DNA of 64,000 nucleotides. It comes from Plasmodiophora brassicae (Eukaryota). Location of the stretch: assembly GCA_036867785.1 (NCBI GenBank), contig CP145418.1, positions 992,001 to 1,056,000 on the forward strand. The letters are read 5' to 3'. Numbering within the stretch: position 1 is the stretch's first letter; each line of letters begins with the position of its first letter. Under the pieces are notes generated by a model, which worked only from the letters and a program-made list of their open reading frames with translations, had not been told where the DNA came from and searched no databases. Positions 1 through 10,244 of this stretch are shown here, piece by piece. The position numbers were made by a program, and so were the translations under genes.

Positions 1-1107
1 GGCGCCCTGCTGGCTGCAGTAGTACGTCCGGTTCGTCGCCAAGAACGACGTCGATGGGGCCGGCGTCGGGGCTGGCCTGCGCCCACCGGTCGTCGTTGCT
101 TTCGCGGTCGACCGTGGCCTCGTGCCGATGACGCGGACCCGTTCGCCGACCTCATCGGCGACGTACATGGCGCCGTCAGGGCCGAACGCGAGCCCGGCCG
201 GATGCAGGAACTTGGCGGTCAGTGACGGGCCGTCGGCGTACCCGCCGATGCCGCCCGCGTACGTCGTCACGTTGCCCAGCGGCGTCGTCACCTTCCGGAT
301 GCGGTTGCTGCCGTACTCGGCGACGAACAGGTTGCCGTTGGTGTCGAGGCGGATTCCATACGGGTAGTCGAAGGTGGCCGCCGGGCCGACGCCTTCCTGC
401 GACCCGACCGTGCCGCTGCCCGCCAGCACCGATACCTTGCCGGCCGTGTCGACCTGCTTGATCTGGAAGTTGGACGTGTCCGAGACGTAGATCGTGCCGG
501 ACGGGGCGACGGCAACGCCCCAGGGGCGGTTGAACCCGCTGGCGACGGTGGACACGGTCCCGGTCGGCGTCACCTTGCGAACCAGGTTGTTGCCGGAATC
601 GGCAACGTACAGGTTGTCGTGCGCGTCGATGGTGAGCCCGGCCGGGTTTCTGAACATCGCCGACGTGCCGTTGCCGTTCATGGTCCCGGAGGTCCCGTTG
701 CCGGCCCACGCCGTCACCGCCAGGTTGCTCGCGATCTTCACAATCATGTGCCGGCGGATCAGGCTGACGAACAGGTTGCCGTGCGAGTCGAAGACAAGGT
801 CGGTCGGGCCGTCCAGCGTCAGGGTGCTCGTCAGGTTCAGCGTCGAGACGACGCCCGATTGCGTTACTCTCCGGATTGCGTTGTTGTCGCAGTCGGCCAC
901 GATGACGTTGTTCGTGGCCCAGTCGACGGCGACGCCGAACGGTGTGTTGAACGTGGCCAGCGTCCCGATGCCGTCGGCAGAGCCGATCTGCCCGGATCCG
1001 GCCAGCGTTTGCACGTACGGGTCGGCGTAACCGATGCTGTCCACAGCGACGAGCACCAGCAGCACGAGCAACAGCAGCGACATGACCGGCGGCGACTTAG
1101 GCAGCAT
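1..1107 (-). CDS. Secreted/surface NHL-repeat beta-propeller protein, 5' part; runs off the left edge; paralog of 1487..5114
   Basis: ATG at 1107 reads MLPKSPPVMSLLLLVLLVLVAVDSIGYA (signal peptide), then NHL repeats (F..P.G.A.D...N.YVAD..NN.IRK), a Pro/Thr linker and TYYCSQQ, colinear with the neighbouring paralog. The frame is open to base 1. Confidence 0.9.
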   Translation of the reverse strand, partial: MLPKSPPVMSLLLLVLLVLVAVDSIGYADPYVQTLAGSGQIGSADGIGTLATFNTPFGVAVDWATNNVIVADCDNNAIRRVTQSGVVSTLNLTSTLTLDGPTDLVFDSHGNLFVSLIRRHMIVKIASNLAVTAWAGNGTSGTMNGNGTSAMFRNPAGLTIDAHDNLYVADSGNNLVRKVTPTGTVSTVASGFNRPWGVAVAPSGTIYVSDTSNFQIKQVDTAGKVSVLAGSGTVGSQEGVGPAATFDYPYGIRLDTNGNLFVAEYGSNRIRKVTTPLGNVTTYAGGIGGYADGPSLTAKFLHPAGLAFGPDGAMYVADEVGERVRVIGTRPRSTAKATTTGGRRPAPTPAPSTSFLATNRTYYCSQQGA

Positions 1108-1263
1108 CGTGACGCGTTGTTGGACGGGAGCGCGAGCTCGTTGGTTGGGGGATATGAAAAATGAGAAGGATGCTGCCGATGGGCGGATCTCGTCCAGCCG
1201 AGATTCGCCTGTGCTCACCCGCCCAAATATCTCTGTCGTCATCCGCGCGGCATGGCGAGGGCA

Positions 1264-1287
1264 CCCCCCCCCCCCCCCCCCCCCCCC
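1264..1287. repeat. Poly-C tract, 24 nt (poly-G on the coding strand), upstream of the NHL gene
   Basis: Read directly from the sequence. Confidence 0.95.
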
Positions 1288-1486
1288 GCGATATTTCACG
1301 ACACGTCGAGTTGATGAAGATCCAGGGGCGGCAACCCGATGAATCTGGGACGCGAGCACGCGTATCCGTCCAGCCTGCCCTGGCCGCCCTCGGCAGGTGC
1401 CATTGGCACGCGAATCCCGCGTCCCCTCGCCCAGGACCGCGTCGTACGCGAGTGGCCACCACACTTCGTGTATTGGTGTACGTTCG

Positions 1487-4400
1487 TCATTGGCAATGCA
1501 CGGTGAGGACTGTGAAGAGGAGGACGTAGGCGAGGGTCGCGGGTGATGGCGACACGGGGCGGGCGGCGCTGACCGTCTCTGGCTCGGCAGGGGCACCGGC
1601 ACGGCACCTGTCCGCGCTGGTGACCTGCTGGCCGTTCCGGCAGACGTACGTCGTCTGTACGGTCGACGGGTCCAGCGTGCCGACGCCCGAGCCGATCGAG
1701 AGCGCCGCCAGCAGCGCCGCCTGGTCGGCCGACGTTGTCGACGTGAAACGGACCTGGAGCGTTGCCGTGTTCGCCTGCGCGCCCATCGCTGCGTGTACGA
1801 CGCTGACCCGATCCATGGCGATGCCCAGCGCGGCGCTCTCCCCGTTCGCGAACCGGACCTGGGCGTCGCCCAACGACTCGCCGACCCGCAACGTCATCGT
1901 GAAGCTCGCTTGCAGCAGGTACGCGACGACATCGCCTGTTGAGCCACCGGGCGGCCCCGTTGTGGGACGACCCGCGATCAGCGTCCTCGTGGTCGGTGTC
2001 AGGAGCCGGCCTCCACCACCTGCTCGTGCCGTCACGACGCGATACGGTGCAGGTGCGGGCGCGGTCGGCACCGGGACGGCGCTGGCGTCGATGGTCCAGT
2101 ACGAGTTCTGCTGCTGGATGTTGGACGTGATCGTCAGCGACGTCCCCCTGGAGGACACCATGTAGTCCGCGAACCAGGGCGTGTACGTCCAGACGCCATC
2201 GGTGACGACGATCGTATCCTGGGACCACAGGGCGAACGACGGGAACGTCAACCGCAGGGTGCACCCGGGAGCGGCAGTGATGAGCAATTTGCAGGTCGAG
2301 GGCGGGAACGACGAGATGTGGACGTCCTGGGCGGGGCACGGCAGGGTCATGTTCATCACGCTAGCGCAGAAGGTCGGCATCGGCGGCCGGGGGACGTCAA
2401 CGGCATGGATCGTCCAGGACGAGGACGACGCCGCGACGCGCGACGAGATCGTCACCGACGCCCCGTACGAGGTGAACGGCACGTAGAACCAGGCCGCCCC
2501 AGGCCTTATCGTGTACGTGTGCGACCCGTCGCTGGCGGTCAGGAAATCGCCCGCCGCCAGGCTGACAGGCCAGAACAGGACGTTAACAGCGCGCCCGGGC
2601 GTCGCGTTCACCACGACTGTACAGTTGCCGGCCATGTACGCTGGCGTGATCGTCACGTTCTGGCCAGGGCCGGGGATCGCCAGCTCGTGAGCGCCGTTGC
2701 ACAACAGCGCTGGACGGGCGATCGAGGTGGCGGTCACCACGCCAGCAGTGTACGCGCCGGACCCAACAGCGACGAACGAGACGACGACCGTGCTGCCAGA
2801 CGACACGAACGGTCGCGCGCCCGGCAGCAGCGTGTAGGGCACGCCGCTGCCGCTGTCGTAGACGACGATCACGGCACGGTGGTCGAAGATGTTCGTGCTC
2901 GTCGCAACGGAGACCGACCTCGACGTGCTCGTCGCGTCGATGACCGTCGTGCAATTCGCGCCCGTTGCATGGATCGAGGCTTGCTGGCCGGGCGCCGGCA
3001 GAGCAAGATCCCGGCGGCCAGCGACCATGGAGCAGTAGGTCAAGCCGGGCACCGGCGAGAAGTCGGAGGCCGACGCGACCCACCAGGAACCCTGCTGCCG
3101 AACGCTAAACACGATCATCATCGATCGCCCGGTGGAGAACACTGAACCGGCGGTGGCCAAGGCCACCCCGCCGGACACCAGGATCACAGGCGACGTCGTC
3201 GTGTTGCCGTCAAAGATCGTCACCGTATCCGACCCGTACAGGGACGCCTCCGTCGCCATGAACTGGACGACGCGGCCGGGCGTCGCCGTGATCGTCACCG
3301 CACAGTCCATCCCGGCCGAGTACACCCACGTGTTGTCGTTCGGCCTGGCGAGCGTCACCTGGGCGGCCCGCCCGCAGTAGACGAAGGGCGGCGTGGCCGG
3401 CGCCGACGACGTGTTCGCCCTGAGCGACGCCCGCACCGTCTCGTTGTAGGGGAGGGCGCAGGAGAACCCGTTCGCGGAGCAATACCCGGGCTGGTAATAG
3501 GCGCCGCACCTAACGCAAACGCCACTCCCGTCAGCATCGTCGGGCGCCCACCCCTGCAGGGCGCTGCACGAACCATCCAAACTGGGAACAGCATCGCCCG
3601 GGTGCACATGCCTGGCCAAACATGGGCCCGCACTGGCCGTCGGGTCGTTCCCCTCCCGAGCAGGTCGGCAGCGTGTTCGTGGTCGGCACCGGCACGTCGT
3701 AGGCGATGGCGGTCCATCCGTACTGCGGGTTGGCCGTCGTGAACACGACGGTCATCGTGCGGCCCGTCGAGATGGCCGTCGTCGACGTTGACGCCTGCAG
3801 CATGCTGGACGTGCCGTTGCCCTCGTAGACGACCAGGAAGTCGCCGTCGTACACGTACAGGTACAAGAACACGAGCTTGACGACGCGTCCAGGCGTCGCC
3901 GTGATCACGAACGTACAGTCGAGGCCGAGCGGGGATGTCCCCGACGGGTAGCTGGCGATCGACACCGACCCGCCCAGCCCGATCGCCACGTTCTGATACC
4001 GGGCGCTCTGCTGATCGCAGGTGTAGGTCCCGCTCGTCGCCACCGATGAGCCCGGCGCTGGTGTAGGTGCGGGCGTGGGTGCCGGCGCGGGCGCCCGTGT
4101 TGTTGCTTTCGCGGTCGATCGTGGCCTCGTGGTGATGATGCGGATGCGTTCGCCGACCTCATCGGCGACATACATGGTGCCGTCGGGGCCGAACGCGAGC
4201 CCGGCCGGATGCTGGAACTTGGCGGTCAGCGACGGGCCGTCGGCGTACCCGCCGATGCCGCCCGCGTACGTCGTCACGTTGCCTAGCGGCGTTGTCACCT
4301 TCCGGATGCGGTTGCTGCCGTACTCGGCGACGAACAGGTTGCCACTGGCGTCGAGGCGGATCCCATACGGGTAGTCGAACGTGGCCGCCAGGCCGACGCC

Positions 4401-5114
4401 TTCCTGCGACCCGACCGTGCCACTGCCCGCCAGCACCGACACCTTGCCTTTCGTGCTGATTTGCTTGATCTGGTGGTTGGACGTGTCGGAGACGTAGATC
4501 GCGCCGGACGGATCGACGGCAACGCCCCAGGGGCTGTTGAACGCGCTGGCGACGGTGGACACCGTCCCGGTCGGCGTCACCTTGCGGACCAGGTTGTTGC
4601 CGGAATCGGCAACGTACAGGTTGTCGTTCGTGTCGATGGCGAGCCCGGCCGGGTTCCTGAACGTCGCCGACATGCCGTTGCCGTTCGTGGACCCGGGGGA
4701 CCCGTTGCCGGCCCACGCCGTCACCGCCAGGTTGCTCGCGATCTTCACAATCATGTGCCGACGGATCAGGCTGACGAACAGGTTGCCGTGCGAGTCGAAG
4801 ACGAGATCGGTCGGGCCGTCCAGCGTCACATTGGACGACACGGTCATATTCGAGACGACGCCCGATTGCGATACTTTCCGGATGGCGTTGTTGTCGCAGT
4901 CGGCCACGTAGACGGTGTTCGTAGCCGGATCCACCACCACGCCGAAGGGTGTGTGGAACGAGGCGGATGCCCCAATACCGTTGGCAAACCCGATTTGCCC
5001 GGACCCGGCCAGCGTCCCGACGTACGGGTCACTGCGCCCGATGGTACTCATCGTGACCCACATGAACGATATGGCGCACAGCGTATGCCGCATCGACGAA
5101 TCGTCGTTCAACAT
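1487..5114 (-). CDS. Multidomain surface protein: signal peptide, NHL propeller, Pro/Thr linker, CUB-like, hevein/CBM18, further CUB-like repeats, C-terminal hydrophobic (GPI-like) tail. Join 5114..3574 and 3509..1487
   Basis: A GT..CTGAC..TAG intron at 3573..3510 fuses two ORFs and completes the hevein motif GQCGPMFGQACAPGRCCSQFGW^CGAYYQPGYC. Repeated C.x.I.ATPGRVV.L.F...D..x.YDG motifs are CUB-like. The protein ends in TLAYVLLFTVLTVHCQ. Confidence 0.85.
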
Positions 5115-5571
5115 CGTTAAGCGCGATGGTTACGAAAAATGAGATGCCGACGAGCGGGTCGCACTACCGAAAGATATTCTAATGGAATATCATGGTTGTT
5201 TCCCGCGTTATAGCAAGGCGGGGTACGCGATCCCTACTCTGGCAGTATCACCACACGATATCTCTCCTATGCGTCCTACCACCCAGGAAGTCTGCAACAG
5301 TACCCCATGACGTCCACAAGCCGGGACTATGATGGCCCCTGGTGCAGGCGTGTGCCACGGTTGCAGGAAACGCAGATGAGCTCACGAGCGAGATGGTCCA
5401 TCCCCCGCGCTGAGTTCATGCCGTCGGCGAGTGGACGTCGTACCAAACGTCGCGGGTTTTTACCTAGGTACATATGCCGACCTACCACCCGTCGCACTCC
5501 ACGTCTGACCTGACGCCGCTCCAAACAGCAATCGGGATGAGACCCCCGGACCGCCTGCAGCATCACCCAGC

Positions 5572-5650
5572 GGGCCAGATTGAAACAGGGGCCCAGTTCA
5601 AAACAGGGGCCCAGTTCAAGATAGGGGGGCCCAGTTCCAAATAGGGGCCC
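5572..5650. repeat. About 4 imperfect tandem copies of an 18-20 bp unit (AAACAGGGGCCCAGTTCA)
   Basis: aaacaggggcccagttca / aaacaggggcccagttcaag / ataggggggcccagttccaa / ataggggccc, immediately upstream of the ZF-A ORF. Confidence 0.85.
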
Positions 5651-5665
5651 ACGCGCTAATGTGCG

Positions 5666-6925
5666 ATGGGTAAGGACTCGGGACCGGATCGCCGCTTGCC
5701 AAGAAAGCGCGGTTTGCCGGCGGAAGCAATGTGCTGGATGGGGATGTTCGGACGAGGCTGTGTGATGCTCCCCATTGTTATGCTGGCGTCCGCGGGCTGG
5801 ATCCATTTCGGGTTTGTTGATGGCGTCTCGAGTGGCCCTCCGGCCGCTCCACGTCCTCTGCGGCCGAACATGGATGCCGGCCCACCGCAGACGGGTCCAC
5901 CTGCCATGTGGGCCCACAGAGACCAGGTTGCCGCCGCCAATCCTGGTACGATGCCGCACATCCACGTGAACCAGTATGCGATTCCCCCGATGGCACCGTT
6001 CGTTATGCAACAGGGGCTCGAAGGACCCGGCTCGTCAAACCCAGTGTCGGGCAACCCGAACTGTCCACCAATGGCCTGCATGAGTGCCACCTTCATGCAC
6101 TTGCTAACATTATCTGCAGCGGCCGACCCTCGACACGTTATTCCTTGCTGTCCAACTCCGATTATCCCTAATGGTCAGCTGCCGTCGTTGGTGCCTAGTT
6201 CACATCTGCCTGCAACGTCGTATCATGATCCACTACCGAACCCGTATGCAGATCCAGGCCTACGTGCAGTACTGGAACCTGTTAGCGATGTCGCACAGGA
6301 CGGGGCTGTCGATGACCTCTCTGGCTGTGACGATGTCTTGACGCTTCTCTTGGATCTCGACGATATACCCACCCCACACACGGCACTATGCGGAATCGAG
6401 GACTCTCGAAAGGTCTCTGAGAACCGGGCTGCTGAGGCCACAGCGCCGAAACGACGCCGCAAGGACCGCCCCATGGTCGACGGCATCACGGAACATCCTC
6501 CTGAGATGGCAGCAGCATCGTATTCTGGGGGGTCGCTGCAGGCAATGATAGCGGATGCAAACCAGGTGATGATGGATGACGTGGAACAGGATTCAGAACA
6601 TGTAGACGAGGCGGGGGAGTTTGACGATCAGGAGTGGATTCGGAACGCTCTGAAGGATATCCGTCGCGATACGTCTACGGGGAAGCTGATGTGCCCGTAT
6701 TGTACCTATACTCGCGATACGAGGCCTGTTATCAGGTCACACGTTCTGGTACATATGCCTGTGAAGGTCAGGCGACACTGGTGTGGAACTTGCCGTACCG
6801 GGTTCCTGCGCCGTGGCGACCTGAGAAAGCACATGAAGTCGAAGTCGCATACTGCCAAGGACGCCCGCCAAGGTACTATCAACCTGCCAACCCATCTCTG
6901 CGACAAACAACCGCTTCCTGAATGA
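5666..6925 (+). CDS. Putative secreted C2H2 zinc-finger protein ZF-A (likely start 5729 or a nearby ATG)
   Basis: Hydrophobic N-terminus CVMLPIVMLASAGWIHFG, Pro/Met-rich low-complexity region, NLS PKRRRK, fingers CPYC..H..H and CGTC..HMKSKSH. Intronless. Confidence 0.85.
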   Translation: MGKDSGPDRRLPRKRGLPAEAMCWMGMFGRGCVMLPIVMLASAGWIHFGFVDGVSSGPPAAPRPLRPNMDAGPPQTGPPAMWAHRDQVAAANPGTMPHIHVNQYAIPPMAPFVMQQGLEGPGSSNPVSGNPNCPPMACMSATFMHLLTLSAAADPRHVIPCCPTPIIPNGQLPSLVPSSHLPATSYHDPLPNPYADPGLRAVLEPVSDVAQDGAVDDLSGCDDVLTLLLDLDDIPTPHTALCGIEDSRKVSENRAAEATAPKRRRKDRPMVDGITEHPPEMAAASYSGGSLQAMIADANQVMMDDVEQDSEHVDEAGEFDDQEWIRNALKDIRRDTSTGKLMCPYCTYTRDTRPVIRSHVLVHMPVKVRRHWCGTCRTGFLRRGDLRKHMKSKSHTAKDARQGTINLPTHLCDKQPLPE

Positions 6926-8566
6926 ATTCGTTTCCGTTCCCTGGGACGGCATATACAGGCGCAGCTTCCAAATGAATGTGTTGTCGAAACAGTAGTACTA
7001 TGCGCGCTATCCCATAGGGTCCCATAACATGTGCCCGTGTGGATATTGCCAGGGCCAGGCCATGGGAGCAACCATCTGCAGCGCACCAAAGCAGTACAGT
7101 ACTTGTGGAACAGCGGTTCGCCACAAGTGCTGGGTGGCGAACTATAGACCTTGGTGTCAGGTTGCCATGCCCTGCCGATGCAGCATTGGCATCAAGCGGC
7201 GGCATGTGCAAACGCCAGCTAGAGTCCGAGTACGTACACGACGAAGGTGGCCCGACGGGACGTCGTGATAATTCTCGTCGCCATGTTGATCACGCGCATG
7301 GTGGTGCCGATTCAACCTGCATTCATGGATGGCATTACCAGATCATCCGATCGGCACGATTTAGCGCAATTTGCGGCTGATAGCATCGTCCCCAGGGTTT
7401 ATCACGATGGTAACGACGCTCAACGCCATTCGGCTACATGCGCCATATCGCCAATGAGAATCCGCGCCTCGGGTGCGACAACCCTCACGTTTGATCGTCC
7501 AGCGCCATTGATCCTCCATCTGATGCAGAACTGGACTACAATCATAGCAGGGCTACAGGCCGCGAGCTCAACGCTCTGGCATTACCCGCACAGTCAGTAC
7601 CCAGTCGAACATCTGATCCGCTTGCATCGCCAGCAGAGCCGACAACGACCCAAGAGCCGGCTCTGCGACGGTTCAGCTCGGGTCGCCGGAACCGCATTCA
7701 ACTCCATTGATGCACCGCCCCGGTGACCATGGTGTCCCTGGAAATTGCAGCGGACGTCATGATCCGACTACCTACATAGATGGACGCCACGAGTCGCCCA
7801 TCATCATCAGCAGCAGCATGTAGCGTCTTCGCCATCGTCGTTTCATACGGCCGGGTCGCCGTTATACGAGCCGTCGCAGGGCGCCTGTCAAGGCACGTAC
7901 GTGTTCGGTGAAGGTCAAGCGGTCCCGATGCGAGGCATGCGGTAAGAAGTATCTGCGCCCGCGTGACCTGAGACGCCACCTGGGGACGAAGTCGCGCGCC
8001 GACAATATTGCCGATCGTGCTCACTCGCCCGCCACAGACATGTAGCAGCTCCCATCAACGCCAACTGGTTGGTTCGACAATCTCAATCGGCAATGGTCTA
8101 CATGAGGAAGTGACGCACCGGTATGGACGACGGCAAGACGAATAATGGTGCCATGATTCTGCGTTTTCTGCATCATTAGGCGGGGCAAACGTCTACTCGG
8201 CAATGGCATCAGGTACAGGCGCAGGTTGCGCAGGCAGGCAGTACTGACGACGCGCGTGGTCCCTGGTTGAGTCGTGCAATGCTAACCTCCGTTTCGGTTT
8301 CTGGACCGACATACGTCGCCAGGCGCAGTTTGTTGAATCGCTGAACGCCGCCCCGGACTTGCGGAGCAGCGACTGGGTCTGCTGCAGTGCTGCTGCGAGT
8401 GGGACAGACACCTGCGGCCTGCGGGGCTCCAGCCTCCAGCCTCCACAGCTCCACTGCTCCAGTCAAATTTCGGAGTGCGCCGCCGCTTCGGTACCGTGCT
8501 CTGCTGCGGTCGCTTGCACGGGCGGGGAGTTTTCGACGTCCAACAACAACAAAAACAACAACGCGC

Positions 8567-10045
8567 ATGGCTTCGTTAGCAACGGCACGAGGGGTCGCCG
8601 ACGTATGCCTCATTGTTCTAGTGACATTCGTGGTGCCGATCCATTCCGGCTCCGTCGACGGAAGCTGTCCGCCCGCTCGACAATGCTCGTCGTCGTCGAG
8701 CGCGCATCAGGTTCGTGGCCCGCAACTGGATCCGTCCGGCACGAACCCCATGCCGTACAATGGCATGTATTACTTCGCGACTTGGTCGCCGTATTTCCAC
8801 GGCAACGTCTTGCATTGGATGCCTTCCGCCGCTGACTATCCTACACTCCAGCCACCAGCAGCTGCAACACGGCCACCGGTGTCGATGCTTCCACCCAACC
8901 CGCAGTCCATGCCCTACCAGTGGGCATCTTCTCAGGCACCGCCGACGACGACTGGTCTGCCTTCGGTTGACTTATCGAACAACTTTGGCAACCCTGGCGA
9001 TGAAACGAAACCGCCGGCAGCGAGTTCATATCAGAATCAGCACGGATTGTATTCGCCAATGTCGTCCCCGGCATCGATGAGTGCATCTGCGACTCCCACA
9101 ACGATGTCGTACATGAATATGATGCAAATGTTGCTAGATGGCCGGCCATTATCTCTGCCCTCGTCATCGACGCCGATGTCGCACGGCTCTACGGGTGGCA
9201 GGCGCTCGAATGAGGAATCGTTTCCGACGAGTCAAGTCTCGCCAGGGCAAACCCCATGGTCCACTCCTGGTCCCGATCTGCCTCCAATTGCCCACAGCTA
9301 CCATGACCCGCTGCAGGGCCCCCGCCCGGCTCGTGATGAACCGGCCGTACACCCTGACGACGCCATGCAAGCTTCTGCTGCGTCCGATGACCTGCACTCT
9401 GGGCAGGCTTCATCGTGGGGAGATATGGGCCCTGCGTACCGCTCTGGCCTGCCTCCGTACATATTTCATGAACATCTAGGCGTTGATCCCAGTGGTCACC
9501 AGGTTCGTCCGGCACCCGAGATGCCTGTCAGGCGTGGCAAATCGAAAGGACAAGGCCCGGCGGATGGTGTCAAGCGCGGCAAGCGACGCCATGCCAACGA
9601 TGCCCAACCGCGTCCAGCACGGAACAGGCGCCGCACGGATCGTCCCCATCCAGGTACCATCATGACGGAAGATCGTCCAGAAATGGCAGCGACGTCGAAT
9701 GCGATCGGGGACACTGCTGCAGATCGGACCAGTGATGGATCAGCGGGGCCAGTCGTCGCCACCGAAGCGACGAGTGCGGGCGAGGAGTTCGATAGGGAGA
9801 CATGGCTTAAAATCGCCTTCGCTGCTATCCTTCAAGATCCATCTTCGCTAGCCGCGATGTGCCCGTATTGTGACTACCAACACCGTTCGAGGTCTGTCGT
9901 CAAGGCACATCTCCATAGGCATATGCCTGTCAGGACCAAGCGTTACAGCTGTGACGTCTGCGACAAATGGTTCATGACACGTGGTGGAAGGTCAAGGCAC
10001 CAGAAATCCAAGTCCCACGCGGCCAGGGCCGCCCTGGCCGCCTAG
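8567..10045 (+). CDS. Putative secreted C2H2 zinc-finger protein ZF-B
   Basis: MASLATARGVADVCLIVLVTFVVPIHSG signal-like segment, P/S/M-rich region, NLS KRGKRR and RNRRR, fingers CPYC..HLHRH and CDVC..HQKSKSH. Confidence 0.85.
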   Translation: MASLATARGVADVCLIVLVTFVVPIHSGSVDGSCPPARQCSSSSSAHQVRGPQLDPSGTNPMPYNGMYYFATWSPYFHGNVLHWMPSAADYPTLQPPAAATRPPVSMLPPNPQSMPYQWASSQAPPTTTGLPSVDLSNNFGNPGDETKPPAASSYQNQHGLYSPMSSPASMSASATPTTMSYMNMMQMLLDGRPLSLPSSSTPMSHGSTGGRRSNEESFPTSQVSPGQTPWSTPGPDLPPIAHSYHDPLQGPRPARDEPAVHPDDAMQASAASDDLHSGQASSWGDMGPAYRSGLPPYIFHEHLGVDPSGHQVRPAPEMPVRRGKSKGQGPADGVKRGKRRHANDAQPRPARNRRRTDRPHPGTIMTEDRPEMAATSNAIGDTAADRTSDGSAGPVVATEATSAGEEFDRETWLKIAFAAILQDPSSLAAMCPYCDYQHRSRSVVKAHLHRHMPVRTKRYSCDVCDKWFMTRGGRSRHQKSKSHAARAALAA

Positions 10046-10244
10046 TCCCATCGACCTTCCCACAGGCCTCAACGATCCGTTCTCATCGTTCCCAAACAAA
10101 TACATTCGCGACTTGCTGGGAACGCCGGATCGGGTCACCGCGCCATAGAACAGCGACTGGACTGAAACGGGCCCCCTTCCTACAGCTGTCCTCGTTCGGA
10201 TCGGCAAAGCGCAGCGCAAACCCACGGCCGCCGGGGCGTTAGCG

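Noticed and set aside
122-5142. Numerous long + strand and alternative-frame ORFs over the NHL genes
   Set aside because: They are shadow ORFs caused by high GC3 codon bias. They repeat only because the underlying genes are duplicated.
5572-5650. Short repeats as a possible CRISPR array
   Set aside because: The units are contiguous with no unique spacers, there are no cas genes, and the context is eukaryotic.
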